From a virus: 64,000 nt of DNA. The position numbers and the translations under genes are program-made. The notes under the pieces are model-generated. The model had not been told where the DNA came from. It saw nothing but the letters and a program-made list of their open reading frames with translations, and did no database searches. The stretch is taken from IMG/VR virus record IMGVR_UViG_3300020196_000003. One strand, given 5' to 3'. This document shows, in pieces, positions 17,755-27,171 of this stretch (the first letter of the stretch is position 1; each line of letters opens with the position of its first letter).

Positions 17755-20120
17755 ACTTTTGACACATTATTTTCTTTACGAATTTTAACAACGTGTTCTC
17801 CCCACTGATTAATTAGGTTAGAGTGGGATATAATGAACACTTTCTCAAAGTAATTTTTTACTTTAATAAAGAACTCGTATAACATATCATAGTTATCGGG
17901 AGACACCTTACCAAACACCTCGTCCATCACGACCAAATTTGGTGTAGGGAGCGTACAGATCTTAGTCAATACCGATCTTAAAGCTAGTGAAGCAATAGTT
18001 TTTTCATAACCTGAACCACTTGTCATAAGTTTTTCAACACCAGTACTGTTATCAATCATCATAAACTCAACCTCATTCTTATCGTTGATTCTGATTTCAA
18101 GTTTGAAGTAGCAAGAATCTTCCATAAGTCTTTGTAATTCTGAATTAATCAGCGGCATCATAGTTTTCATTATGATTTTAGAAACTCCATTTTTACCATA
18201 AGCTTCCAAGTATATCTTATAGATTTTTTCTTTTTCCTCTTCTTCTTTGATTTTAACAATCATTTTTTTGTTGTTATCAATCTTTTCATTTAACGAGGTA
18301 ATTGAAACTTTGTTACCAGAAATTACGGAATTTATTTTTGTTTTTTCTCTTTCAAGTTCTTCAAGTCTTGAATCAGCCTTGATTAGTTGTCCGTCAATCT
18401 TTTGATTTTCTTGGATCTTGTCTTGGATTTCTTCCCACCTTTTAAGTTTGTCTTTTAACGCACTTATTTTCAAATCACAACTTTCAACTGAGATCTCATA
18501 CTTTTCTTTAACAAGTTTGTTTTTTTCATACTCATCAAACTCTTTTTTTAACTGAACAAAACTTTGTTCTTTGCGGGATAAATCCTGCATAAGTGTCGTT
18601 TTTGTGTTTTTTTGCACGATTAATCCATCAAGTTCTGCAATTTTAGCATTTGTGATTGCTGCGTTCATTAATTCAATACCACAGTGTTCACACTTGATTC
18701 CACCTTCTACTTCAGATTTCAATTTGTTGATTGATGAAATTTCGGTATCAATCTGAACGATCTCTTTGTAGACCTCATTATATTGTTCTTTAACCTCATC
18801 GTGTTTGTCCTCATGATAAAACTCACTTGGTTCAACTACTTTAAGTTCGTTGATTTTAGAAACGTAACCTTTCTTTTCAAAATCAATCGTGTTGATTTCT
18901 TCTTGAGTGTTGGTTGGGTTTAATCTACTAATTTCTTGGTCAATGTTTGTATGTTTCTTTTTCAACATGTCATCACGATAGTTTTTACCTTTCGTAATTG
19001 CATCTTCAACATTTGTTAATTCTTTTTGAATTTCATCAATTTGAGTTGTAAGTGTCCCAATTGATTCTTCGTGAGTAGTAATATCATTTTTCAATTCTTC
19101 AGATGAATATATGTTTGACAACTTTTGTTTTGAAAATTCTCCGTAGATTTCTTTAGCAACCTCCTCTTTCTTTTTCAAAAACTCAAGACCCATAAATCTT
19201 GATAGAACCTGACCACGAGCCGTTGGTTTTGACTCCAATAATTCTTCAAGGTTTGATCCTGTTGTAAGAATGGTCATTAAAAAGTCTTCTTTGGTTCCAA
19301 TTGAGGTTTTGATGAAAGCTTCAGTTTCTCTTCTTTGTTCTCCTGTAAAGTTTAATAACGTTCCGTCAGATAGTTTTTTAAAAAAGTCTAATTCGGTTTT
19401 AACATTCCATTCACCTTTCTTGGACATCTTTCTTTCAATATTTCTAACAATAACATATTCTTCACCATCAATTGTGATTTCACCTTTAACATGAACTTTG
19501 TCTTTGTTTGAAAATCTGTTGAATATTTCTTCAGCCTTTGTTGTCTTTGTTGTTTCGTTAAAGAACAAGAACATTAAAAGATCCACCGTCAATACGGTTT
19601 TACCACCGAAGTTTGGTGGATCTGACTCTACCACCACAATACCATTTAATTTATCAAAATCTAATTTTTGATTTTCACCGTATGATAAAAAGTTTGAGAA
19701 CTCAATGTTTCTAATATACCACTTCTTAAACTGAGATTGGTTTTCCTCATCACCATTCATTTTGTTTTCAACCATTTTGTTGATCCCAAAAATATCATCA
19801 GTCTTATCTTTATGTCCTTTTGACTCAATAAAGTTCTTTAATAGATCCAATTGGTAATTCGCATCACTAATGTTTACTGAAACATCAATAGATTGCATTT
19901 CATCAGTTTGCACCGTTTTAGCTTTGGTTAAAACGTTAACATTTGTGGTGTTGTATTTTTTCGAGAAGTAATGTTTTACACTTTTGATTTTATCTTGTGT
20001 AAAGTTTTCTGGTAAATCTTCCCATACAACTTGTATTATGGGATTTTTAAAGCTTGGAAAGTCCAAATCTTTTATCATGATTTTGTAGTTAAATAATTTC
20101 AGTGGATTAAATAAATCCAT
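17748..20120 (-). CDS. sbcC: SbcC/Rad50/gp46-like recombination ATPase
   Basis: NFLSYG, NFGGKT (Walker A), CEHC hook, SGYEK signature, VVMDE (Walker B), IISH. Confidence 0.9.
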   Translation of the reverse strand: MDLFNPLKLFNYKIMIKDLDFPSFKNPIIQVVWEDLPENFTQDKIKSVKHYFSKKYNTTNVNVLTKAKTVQTDEMQSIDVSVNISDANYQLDLLKNFIESKGHKDKTDDIFGINKMVENKMNGDEENQSQFKKWYIRNIEFSNFLSYGENQKLDFDKLNGIVVVESDPPNFGGKTVLTVDLLMFLFFNETTKTTKAEEIFNRFSNKDKVHVKGEITIDGEEYVIVRNIERKMSKKGEWNVKTELDFFKKLSDGTLLNFTGEQRRETEAFIKTSIGTKEDFLMTILTTGSNLEELLESKPTARGQVLSRFMGLEFLKKKEEVAKEIYGEFSKQKLSNIYSSEELKNDITTHEESIGTLTTQIDEIQKELTNVEDAITKGKNYRDDMLKKKHTNIDQEISRLNPTNTQEEINTIDFEKKGYVSKINELKVVEPSEFYHEDKHDEVKEQYNEVYKEIVQIDTEISSINKLKSEVEGGIKCEHCGIELMNAAITNAKIAELDGLIVQKNTKTTLMQDLSRKEQSFVQLKKEFDEYEKNKLVKEKYEISVESCDLKISALKDKLKRWEEIQDKIQENQKIDGQLIKADSRLEELEREKTKINSVISGNKVSITSLNEKIDNNKKMIVKIKEEEEKEKIYKIYLEAYGKNGVSKIIMKTMMPLINSELQRLMEDSCYFKLEIRINDKNEVEFMMIDNSTGVEKLMTSGSGYEKTIASLALRSVLTKICTLPTPNLVVMDEVFGKVSPDNYDMLYEFFIKVKNYFEKVFIISHSNLINQWGEHVVKIRKENNVSKVL

Positions 20121-20122
20121 TT

Positions 20123-20440
20123 TTATTCTTCAGTAGGTATTTCTCTATCTTCAATTGTATAACCCGTACTATAATACTCAGGTTCAAATTCTTTGTTAAT
20201 TTTCGCTGACTCCTCTTCATTTGGTGTAAATTTGAATGCGTGATCGATAGTTTTGTGTTCAACAACTTCATAATTTATTTCGTTTCCTTGGACTTCGACC
20301 TTTATTTCATCATCTTTTAATTTATTCAATTGTTCTTGTAATAAAAGATCAAATGCTTTTTGCGTTTCTGATTTTTGTTGTTTAATTTTTGCGTTTCTTT
20401 TTGCAACTTTTGCTCTGTGTTCTTTAGCCTTCTTACCCAT
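20123..20440 (-). CDS. hypothetical protein with basic N-terminus
   Basis: 105 aa ORF. Confidence 0.7.
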   Translation of the reverse strand: MGKKAKEHRAKVAKRNAKIKQQKSETQKAFDLLLQEQLNKLKDDEIKVEVQGNEINYEVVEHKTIDHAFKFTPNEEESAKINKEFEPEYYSTGYTIEDREIPTEE

Positions 20441-20454
20441 TTTATTTTTTTTTA

Positions 20455-20808
20455 TTAATTATTACTCGGTCTATTTTCTTCAAACCATTCAATTATTCCG
20501 TTAATTGCCCATACAGCCCCTGCTGAGACAATACCGTCAAAAAACCAAGAATACGAAATTGGTGTGTTGAACATATGATTTGTAGGTGAAAAAATCAATA
20601 AGGACAATACAAATCCACCCCACGTTGAAAAGCAAAGTGGACAGTTAATTAATCCTGATAAAAATTTACCTATTGGTTGTAATGGTAATAATTCATTATT
20701 AGCCCATCGGCCTAAAAAATCTCTTAATCCTTGGAATATTGATCCGTAAACCATAATATTCATTAGTCCATAACTCATAATGAACCATACTAAAACTTTT
20801 GTTATCAT
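20455..20808 (-). CDS. membrane protein (DUF1360-like, CPLC)
   Basis: Three hydrophobic segments; LINCPLCFSTW motif. Confidence 0.6.
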   Translation of the reverse strand: MITKVLVWFIMSYGLMNIMVYGSIFQGLRDFLGRWANNELLPLQPIGKFLSGLINCPLCFSTWGGFVLSLLIFSPTNHMFNTPISYSWFFDGIVSAGAVWAINGIIEWFEENRPSNN

Positions 20809-21443
20809 ACTCGTTTGTTTAAATTTGATCCCCTGAGTAGATAAGCCTGATTTTGGTTACCATTCAAAAGGTCTCGGTTTATTTTTTCTAATTGTTTTAT
20901 TTGTTCGTTCTTTTGTTGTAGTTCAGTTCTTAGATTTTGTAATGTCTCTTGAAGTAGTTTTGCTTTGTCATTACCTTTTGAAATGTATAAACTTCGTCTA
21001 AGTTCATCTATTTCTTCATTCTTTTTAAACATTTCATTTTCCAAGTTTACAATTATTTCGCCAAGTTCATTTTCAGTTGTTTTGTCACTAATATATTCTA
21101 TTTTTGTGACAACTTTTTCGACAGGTATTTCTTTAAGTACCTCAACTATTTTTTCAACTTCAACGATTCTATCAACAGAAACCTCAACAATTTTTTCCAC
21201 CTCTTTTATCACTTCAACAGGTATTTCGTTTTCCGCCCATTTTTTTTGTTCCACCCCTGTTTTTAAGTTTTTTTCACTATCATTGAGTGTTTTTTCTAAA
21301 AGTCCATATTTTTTAATATCAAAACCTTGTTTAAAACATAGATACATAAAGTTATCCACATCTTCAATTTCTTGTGATTCACAAAAGGCAGATACCGCCA
21401 GCATTATTTCTTTATTAAAGATTTTGAAGTTTTTCAATTCCAT
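20805..21443 (-). CDS. coiled-coil protein with EKIVEV/IPVE repeats
   Basis: EIPVEVIKEVEKIVEVSVDRIVEVEKIVEV. Confidence 0.7.
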   Translation of the reverse strand: MELKNFKIFNKEIMLAVSAFCESQEIEDVDNFMYLCFKQGFDIKKYGLLEKTLNDSEKNLKTGVEQKKWAENEIPVEVIKEVEKIVEVSVDRIVEVEKIVEVLKEIPVEKVVTKIEYISDKTTENELGEIIVNLENEMFKKNEEIDELRRSLYISKGNDKAKLLQETLQNLRTELQQKNEQIKQLEKINRDLLNGNQNQAYLLRGSNLNKRV

Positions 21444-22206
21444 TTTCGATATCTTCGAATGATTTTATTTTGAACTTTAAAAATGGTTTCGGGTTCGGTA
21501 GATCAACATAAGAATATTCTTTTGTTTCAACATCATAAATTCCATATCCATGTCGTTCAATATTTTCTCCGATGTTTTGTTGGATTGGTGATCCGATCAT
21601 ATAACCCTTTCCTGTTTTGAATTGGAACTCTTGTCGTTTATGAATATCACCACATAATACAGTTTCAAGTCCATCAAACTTTTCAACATCATACGCTTCT
21701 TGACCGAAGTCAAATCCAAGATCGGTTTTCATTCCTTGAATTGGTCCATGAAACAATCCAATTCGTTTACCTTTAGATTCTGTAATATCAGGTGGAATAT
21801 TTCCTTGGTATTGTGAATACACACACCAACTAATATTATCATCTTCATACACACCACGGTCTTTGTAGTAAACAATATTTTTACTATTAAGTGATTTAAT
21901 TATTGGTGATAGTGCGTCCAATCGTTCTGTATTATTTACCAAGAAGTCGTGGTTACCTGGTATGATAATTGTTTTACAAATGAATGAACATTCAGTTAAA
22001 ATCCAACTAACCATTTCAATAAGTTCAGGTGTCATTTGATTTTTAGAATGAACAAGGTCACCAGTAAAAACAATCCTATCAGGTTCCAATTCTCGCCATT
22101 GTTCAATTGCAGTTTCTAAGATTGACTTGTAAAGATCGTGGTCTTTAAATAGTCTGATGTGTAAATCCGAGAAATGAACTAATTTTTTAATCATATTATT
22201 TTTCAA
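21415..22206 (-). CDS. sbcD: SbcD/Mre11/gp47-like metallophosphoesterase nuclease
   Basis: SDLH, GDLVH, GNHD, FHG, GDIH motifs. Confidence 0.88.
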   Translation of the reverse strand: MKNNMIKKLVHFSDLHIRLFKDHDLYKSILETAIEQWRELEPDRIVFTGDLVHSKNQMTPELIEMVSWILTECSFICKTIIIPGNHDFLVNNTERLDALSPIIKSLNSKNIVYYKDRGVYEDDNISWCVYSQYQGNIPPDITESKGKRIGLFHGPIQGMKTDLGFDFGQEAYDVEKFDGLETVLCGDIHKRQEFQFKTGKGYMIGSPIQQNIGENIERHGYGIYDVETKEYSYVDLPNPKPFLKFKIKSFEDIENGIEKLQNL

Positions 22207-22417
22207 TTCTCATATTTGTATTTGCGATTGGTGCTCTAAACACAGGAATTGATGTGTGTGAGTCCTCATCAACTTTTTTCATGACTTCGTAAAAACCAAG
22301 TTCACTACATTTAACGGTTGATATATTTTCGAAAGTTAATAATACATTTGATTTTCCTATTGAACCTTCTAACAAGGTTACATCTTTTGTTGTTGTGTTA
22401 AAAATTAATGTTTGCAT
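22196..22417 (-). CDS. hypothetical protein
   Basis: 73 aa ORF. Confidence 0.7.
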   Translation of the reverse strand: MQTLIFNTTTKDVTLLEGSIGKSNVLLTFENISTVKCSELGFYEVMKKVDEDSHTSIPVFRAPIANTNMRIEK

Positions 22418-22418
22418 T

Positions 22419-22661
22419 TTAATCGTTTAATTGTTGTTTAGTTTCACAATAGACCTCAAATGGTGGTGAATATGGGTCTGTTTTTGGAAATGGGTTAATT
22501 GGAACTGGAATTTGTTCATACCTATGAATTGATGGTTTTGGATTTTCATCTTCAACCATATTCATTTTTTCAACTATAGGTGTAATATCTATGTGTTTGT
22601 TTTCAAGTTTACCATGTAGGTATCCTTCTAACCAAATATAAAATTCTTTATAACTTAACAT
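22419..22661 (-). CDS. hypothetical protein
   Basis: Start reassigned to ATG 22661 (MLSYKEFYIWLEG); the track's TTG-started extension overlaps a nuclease relic. Confidence 0.65.
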   Translation of the reverse strand: MLSYKEFYIWLEGYLHGKLENKHIDITPIVEKMNMVEDENPKPSIHRYEQIPVPINPFPKTDPYSPPFEVYCETKQQLND

Positions 22662-22662
22662 A

Positions 22663-22818
22663 TTAAATATATTTCCATTTATAACCACCAGCGGTTTTTG
22701 TTCTATTTTGTAAACAATTGACAATTGATGTTCTCAAAATTTTAGTTTCAATTGATGCTTGTTTAGTATTACTATAAGTTTTTTTTCATATTATCGTCAA
22801 GTGTAGACTGAAGTATTT
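22663..22818 (-). pseudogene. NUMOD1-type DNA-binding domain remnant of a homing endonuclease
   Basis: KILQSTLDDN[frameshift in A8 run]KTYSNTKQASIETKILRTSIVNCLQNRTKTAGGYKWKYI*. Confidence 0.7.
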
Positions 22819-22959
22819 TTATTCTCTACAATATAAAGTCGCAAGTATCATTCTTGCAAACTTGAAGTGTTTAACTTTGTTTAACTTCAAACCGTACATT
22901 GAAGCAATGCTTTGCAAATATGGTTTAGCTTCGCTTATGGTCATTTTTCCAATTTCCAT
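22819..22959 (-). CDS. small hypothetical protein (46 aa)
   Basis: MEIGKMTISEAKPYLQSIASMYGLKLNKVKHFKFARMILATLYCRE; start overlaps the upstream stop (TAATG). Confidence 0.65.
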   Translation of the reverse strand: MEIGKMTISEAKPYLQSIASMYGLKLNKVKHFKFARMILATLYCRE

Positions 22960-23177
22960 TAGTCTATAAATAATTCAAAATCACCATTAACGTGTCCGCA
23001 TTCGTTACACATGTATGTTGGAAATGGAACAATCGTGTCTTCAGAACTTCCTGTTAGTAATTTTGGAACTTTTTTTAACATCGTTATTTCTTTAAAAAAC
23101 TTTGAACCACACTTTTCACATTTGATCGTTTGTTGTTGTCGTAAGTCAATTTTGGGTCTAATAATTTCGTCGTTCAT
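22959..23177 (-). CDS. zinc-ribbon protein
   Basis: CEKCGS and CNECGH. Confidence 0.75.
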   Translation of the reverse strand: MNDEIIRPKIDLRQQQTIKCEKCGSKFFKEITMLKKVPKLLTGSSEDTIVPFPTYMCNECGHVNGDFELFID

Positions 23178-23193
23178 AATTTTTTTTATTTAA

Positions 23194-23222
23194 AATATAG
23201 TTTATTTTTTAAGTTTAGTCAA
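23194..23222 (-). promoter_or_regulatory. sigma70-type promoter
   Basis: TTGACT-N17-TATATT. Confidence 0.6.
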
Positions 23223-24065
23223 ATATTGTTTCATGTCCATTTCGAGAATTGTATTCATAGTTTTCTTAGAAACTCTGTGTTCATGGTATTCTTTTTTATC
23301 AGTTAACAATACAATAATACACCCCAATAATTGAATATCCTCGTATTTAGATCCTTCCAACATTTTCAACAATAATTTACCATAAAAAGGTAGTTGAGTG
23401 TTGTAGTGGCCAAGAGCGTTATCAAATAGATCATGAAATGGTGATTTCATTTTTTTTGTATATCGTGTGGTTTCAAAGTTCTTAGGTTTATTACTTTTCC
23501 AATCAGTTATTAAAATACCAACTTTTCCGTTTGTTCCAACAACTAACCAGACCTTATCGGGTTGACCAGTATATCCAAGTTCAGGATGACCTAACACTAT
23601 CTCCGTATCAATCAACACACACCCTCTTTCTTTTAGAAGATCAATATATTTTTTACCTGCAATAATCATAGAATCACTTTTAATGATCTGTTCAGGGTCA
23701 CATTGAAATATTGGTTGACGAACCTGTTTTTCGATACCAAACTCTTTAAGAGTGTGTTCCTCTAAAATAAAGTGACAACGAGAACCTAAGTTAGTTGATT
23801 TTCTACCGGCTTCAGCCCACTCTTCCATTAATCTTTTAGCTCCATCTACATCCCAACCTGCCTTGTTAAACGCGGCCTGCTCTGTTGGAAAGTCGTCGTA
23901 GAAAAGTTTCATGACTTTTGAAACTGATGGAAAATCACTTCTCAATTTTCCCTTCTCATCTAACATCGTATATGTGTGACTTTCTTCTACAAAAGTTATC
24001 TGAAACTCTTTTTGTCTTTCAGACAAGATATCTCGTATTTCTTGTGCTATTTTTTTTAAATCCAT
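23202..24065 (-). CDS. PD-(D/E)xK superfamily exonuclease
   Basis: PSVS, GSRCH, GQPD...ITDWKS, QL..Y motifs. Confidence 0.8.
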   Translation of the reverse strand: MDLKKIAQEIRDILSERQKEFQITFVEESHTYTMLDEKGKLRSDFPSVSKVMKLFYDDFPTEQAAFNKAGWDVDGAKRLMEEWAEAGRKSTNLGSRCHFILEEHTLKEFGIEKQVRQPIFQCDPEQIIKSDSMIIAGKKYIDLLKERGCVLIDTEIVLGHPELGYTGQPDKVWLVVGTNGKVGILITDWKSNKPKNFETTRYTKKMKSPFHDLFDNALGHYNTQLPFYGKLLLKMLEGSKYEDIQLLGCIIVLLTDKKEYHEHRVSKKTMNTILEMDMKQYLTKLKK

Positions 24066-24964
24066 TATCTTATTATATAATAATATTCATTTTTTATTTC
24101 ACCCCTAAGATCGGCAATATCTTTTTCGTCAGGTAACTTTATTAATTTAATTCTACCCCATAATTCACCACCATGTAACTCGTGATAAAGTTTCACCGCA
24201 TTTTCCCATGCGTCGGCATCCAAACAGATAATAATATTCCCTTTGGCCTTTTGGTAGATTGTTTCGAACAAAAGTTCTGACATATGTTTACCTAACATCG
24301 GAATCGCATTGTCTAAAAACAAACCATCAAAGGCCCCCTCAACCAAATAGATATCACGATCCCAATCAATAAGGTTTTCCCAAAATATAATTTTGTCTTT
24401 TTCTGCTTCAGGATTTTTATATTTAGCTCGAGCCATCGGGTTCCAACTTCTGGCTATATAATAATTCAATTCACCCTTACTATCGTATGATGGAATCACA
24501 ATACGACCAGCGTGATCACCTTTATCACAAAAACCAATTTGATATTTTTCGATCATATAATCGGTAATTCCCCGATTATATAAATAATTTAACGCAGCTT
24601 TTCTAACAGGATAAACAGGACTTGAATCTTTGAACAAAGTGTATCTATCGGGAAGTCTTAGTTTTTTTTTGGGTTTTTCTCTTCTAAATACCGTTTCAGG
24701 TTTTAATACTTGATATAGTTTTTTTTGTTTTTTATTTCCATATTTGTCAAATAATTTCCCGAGTGACCCTCGAGTACCTTCACTATCAGAACAACTCCAA
24801 CACTTGAACACGTTGTCTATATAATTGACCTCTAAATTATGTTTATTTCTATCGTCATCACATACAGGACAGTTAAAGGATATTTGCCCACGATTGGGGT
24901 AGTGGAGTCCGTGCTCCCCCAAAACATCCTCTAATAACTCAACTAAAGCATCATTTTCATCCAT
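24065..24964 (-). CDS. dnaG: DNA primase (Zn finger plus TOPRIM)
   Basis: CPVC/CWSC, RIVIP, KYKN, LVEGAFD, CLDAD. Confidence 0.92.
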   Translation of the reverse strand: MDENDALVELLEDVLGEHGLHYPNRGQISFNCPVCDDDRNKHNLEVNYIDNVFKCWSCSDSEGTRGSLGKLFDKYGNKKQKKLYQVLKPETVFRREKPKKKLRLPDRYTLFKDSSPVYPVRKAALNYLYNRGITDYMIEKYQIGFCDKGDHAGRIVIPSYDSKGELNYYIARSWNPMARAKYKNPEAEKDKIIFWENLIDWDRDIYLVEGAFDGLFLDNAIPMLGKHMSELLFETIYQKAKGNIIICLDADAWENAVKLYHELHGGELWGRIKLIKLPDEKDIADLRGEIKNEYYYIIR

Positions 24965-24971
24965 CCTTTAT

Positions 24972-25000
24972 AATATAGTCATAAACTTTTTATCAATCAA
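24972..25000 (-). promoter_or_regulatory. sigma70-type promoter
   Basis: TTGATT-N17-TATATT upstream of the primase. Confidence 0.55.
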
Positions 25001-25025
25001 CTACACAAAGTTTTATCATTTTTTA

Positions 25026-25032
25026 TATTTAT
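25026..25032 (+). promoter_or_regulatory. TATTTAT putative late-promoter motif (plus-strand copy)
   Basis: 7 nt before ATG 25040; orientation flips with gene strand compared with the minus-strand copies. Confidence 0.55.
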
Positions 25033-25039
25033 TATTGAC

Positions 25040-25276
25040 ATGCCAACACAAATTACTGTTAATTTTTCGGGTGGTTCACCTCCATTTGATATTTATACTT
25101 GTGATACGGGTTACACGACTTGTATTTATGTAGACACGGTTGGTTTTGGAGAATTACCATATTCGTTTGACCTTCCATTTGTTTTGGAGGGTATGTCTTC
25201 TGTTGGAGTAAAGGTAGTTGACAGTAATGATTGTTTTGCATCAAATAATTCAATAATAGAATATGGCAAGTTGTAA
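25040..25276 (+). CDS. small Cys-containing putative virion protein, paralog of 33830..34054
   Basis: Shared PPF....CD.....C.Y..T...LP..F.LP...DS..C pattern. Confidence 0.7.
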   Translation: MPTQITVNFSGGSPPFDIYTCDTGYTTCIYVDTVGFGELPYSFDLPFVLEGMSSVGVKVVDSNDCFASNNSIIEYGKL

Positions 25277-26753
25277 TAATTTAGGAGTATTTGCACTTGA
25301 CACTTCAGCTAGTCTAAATCTTTGTCTTTCAGCCCAAACAAATAATGTTTATGGTGATAGTTTAGTAGTTAGTAAGGGAGTTTATTTAGACTCAGGATGC
25401 ACAATGGCTTTAACAACAATTTATTTAAGTAATGGTATTAACTTATATGAAACGAATTCTATAGGAGAAATTATAGGTATTACAGGATGTCCTTGTAATT
25501 ATTTAGGGACTTTTTCATCTGCCTCAGATCCTGACACAAGTTGTTTAGGGCCATTTATATTTGAGGTATATGGTTCAAACCTAAATATCGGAAAAACTCT
25601 ATATTCGAACTCTTCATGTACAATTAATTATATTACAACTTTTTTATCCGACGGTGTTAACGTGTACAGTGTTGATTCAGTAGGAGTTATTGATACTATT
25701 TACGGTTGTTCGTGTGGAGCATTTGTTTGTGTTCATAACGACACCGTTTATGACGACCAATATCAGTTTGCAGGGGTTTTCGATAGTCAAAACTATTACA
25801 CAGGACAAACAACCAATTTTAACATATTTTATTCATCAAGTGAATCTCGTTGGTGTTTAGCCCAAAACCTTGGCGATCCTTGCGATCAGTTTGGTCCCTT
25901 TGGAAGTACTTCGTCCTGTCCTGATTTTGATGACACGGTTGCCTATACAGGATTTTGTGTAACGACCACTACTACAACAAATCCTTGTGTTGATTTTGAT
26001 TTTGATGCGGTTTTTGATTGTTATGTACCGCCAACTCCAACTTTGACTGCAACAAACACGCCAACTCCAACGCCAACTCCAACACCATCAACATCTGCAA
26101 TTTGTGGTGGACTATCTATTGATGTATCGGTAAGTGGTTACACACCAACCCCAACGCCGACATATAGCCCCACCCCAACCCCGACAAGTCAAATTAAGCG
26201 AAACTGTAATTTTAGTGGTGAAGTTGTATTTAATACATTCAATGAAATACTTCAATGTGCAAATAGTAAAAAATTTAAAGATTGTTTCACGGGTCAAGAG
26301 TATTTTTCTTCGGATTTAATTTTAATATCAGAAACAACTTCGAAACCTAAAGAAGGTTACGTATATAATGCAATAATAAACAATCAAGGACGTTGTGTTA
26401 TTTATGAAGGGTTATTTGAAAACATAAGTGGTGTAGATGACGTAATTCTTAAAAATGAAGTTGGTTCTAGAATCGATGGGTCCTGTTTACAATGTATTCC
26501 AAACCTTTCTGCGACCCCAACTCCAACTCCAACACAGACTCCAACACCTACTCCTTCGACGACACCATGTGTATTAGTTAGATGGTATGTTGCAAACAAT
26601 AGTCTAAACGAAATTAAATATGTTTATTATAATTGTGGTGAAGAATTGACTGGCGGACTAAACGCCTATTCCTCCCTCTATGTATGTTCGAGTTCCACCC
26701 CAACATCAAACTCTCCCAACTTCACTGTAACATCATCTCAAACAATTTGTTAA
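25263..26753 (+). CDS. Cys-rich putative fibre/decoration protein with (PT)n linkers
   Basis: Duplicated N-terminal domain, three PTPT tracts, a T6 tract, many Cys. Confidence 0.7.
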   Translation: MASCNNLGVFALDTSASLNLCLSAQTNNVYGDSLVVSKGVYLDSGCTMALTTIYLSNGINLYETNSIGEIIGITGCPCNYLGTFSSASDPDTSCLGPFIFEVYGSNLNIGKTLYSNSSCTINYITTFLSDGVNVYSVDSVGVIDTIYGCSCGAFVCVHNDTVYDDQYQFAGVFDSQNYYTGQTTNFNIFYSSSESRWCLAQNLGDPCDQFGPFGSTSSCPDFDDTVAYTGFCVTTTTTTNPCVDFDFDAVFDCYVPPTPTLTATNTPTPTPTPTPSTSAICGGLSIDVSVSGYTPTPTPTYSPTPTPTSQIKRNCNFSGEVVFNTFNEILQCANSKKFKDCFTGQEYFSSDLILISETTSKPKEGYVYNAIINNQGRCVIYEGLFENISGVDDVILKNEVGSRIDGSCLQCIPNLSATPTPTPTQTPTPTPSTTPCVLVRWYVANNSLNEIKYVYYNCGEELTGGLNAYSSLYVCSSSTPTSNSPNFTVTSSQTIC

Positions 26754-26782
26754 AAAAAATATCGTCCAAAAGGACGATATTT
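26752..26782. terminator. hairpin terminator between convergent genes
   Basis: AAATATCGTCC-aaaa-GGACGATATTT 11-bp stem with an adjacent A run. Confidence 0.75.
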
Positions 26783-26807
26783 CAAATTATCGGTATTTAA
26801 AACGATA

Positions 26808-27131
26808 TTATCTTCGTCTTCTAAAATATCTTGATTCCGACATTGTCTCCATATCCATATCCATTTTGTTTTTACCCCAATTTGGATTTGGTCTTTGACT
26901 TGCAATGTCCATATCATTTTTTTCACTTCTAATTGCAAATTCCAATTCTTTCAAGTCAGACATAATTTCATCTGGTGTTCTTGCACCCAATGTACCACCT
27001 CTTTCTTCTAAAAAACTTCTCAAAAAGTCCATAGCACTTCTTTGTTCTGTTCTTTCATCTTCCATTTCAAAAATGGTTCTTTTAACTATTCTTGATAAAT
27101 CTCTTTCTGTTAATTTAACTATTTTTTTCAT
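26808..27131 (-). CDS. protein with MKKIVKLTE.DL.RIVK leader and Arg-rich tail
   Basis: 107 aa; TATTTAT at 27144-27150. Confidence 0.75.
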   Translation of the reverse strand: MKKIVKLTERDLSRIVKRTIFEMEDERTEQRSAMDFLRSFLEERGGTLGARTPDEIMSDLKELEFAIRSEKNDMDIASQRPNPNWGKNKMDMDMETMSESRYFRRRR

Positions 27132-27171
27132 ATTTTTTTAATTATAAATATAGAGGTAATTGAAAAATTTT

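Noticed and set aside
22662-22724. N-terminal extension of track ORF 22419..22724
   Set aside because: It has a non-ATG start and overlaps the NUMOD1 relic in another frame. ATG 22661 fits better.
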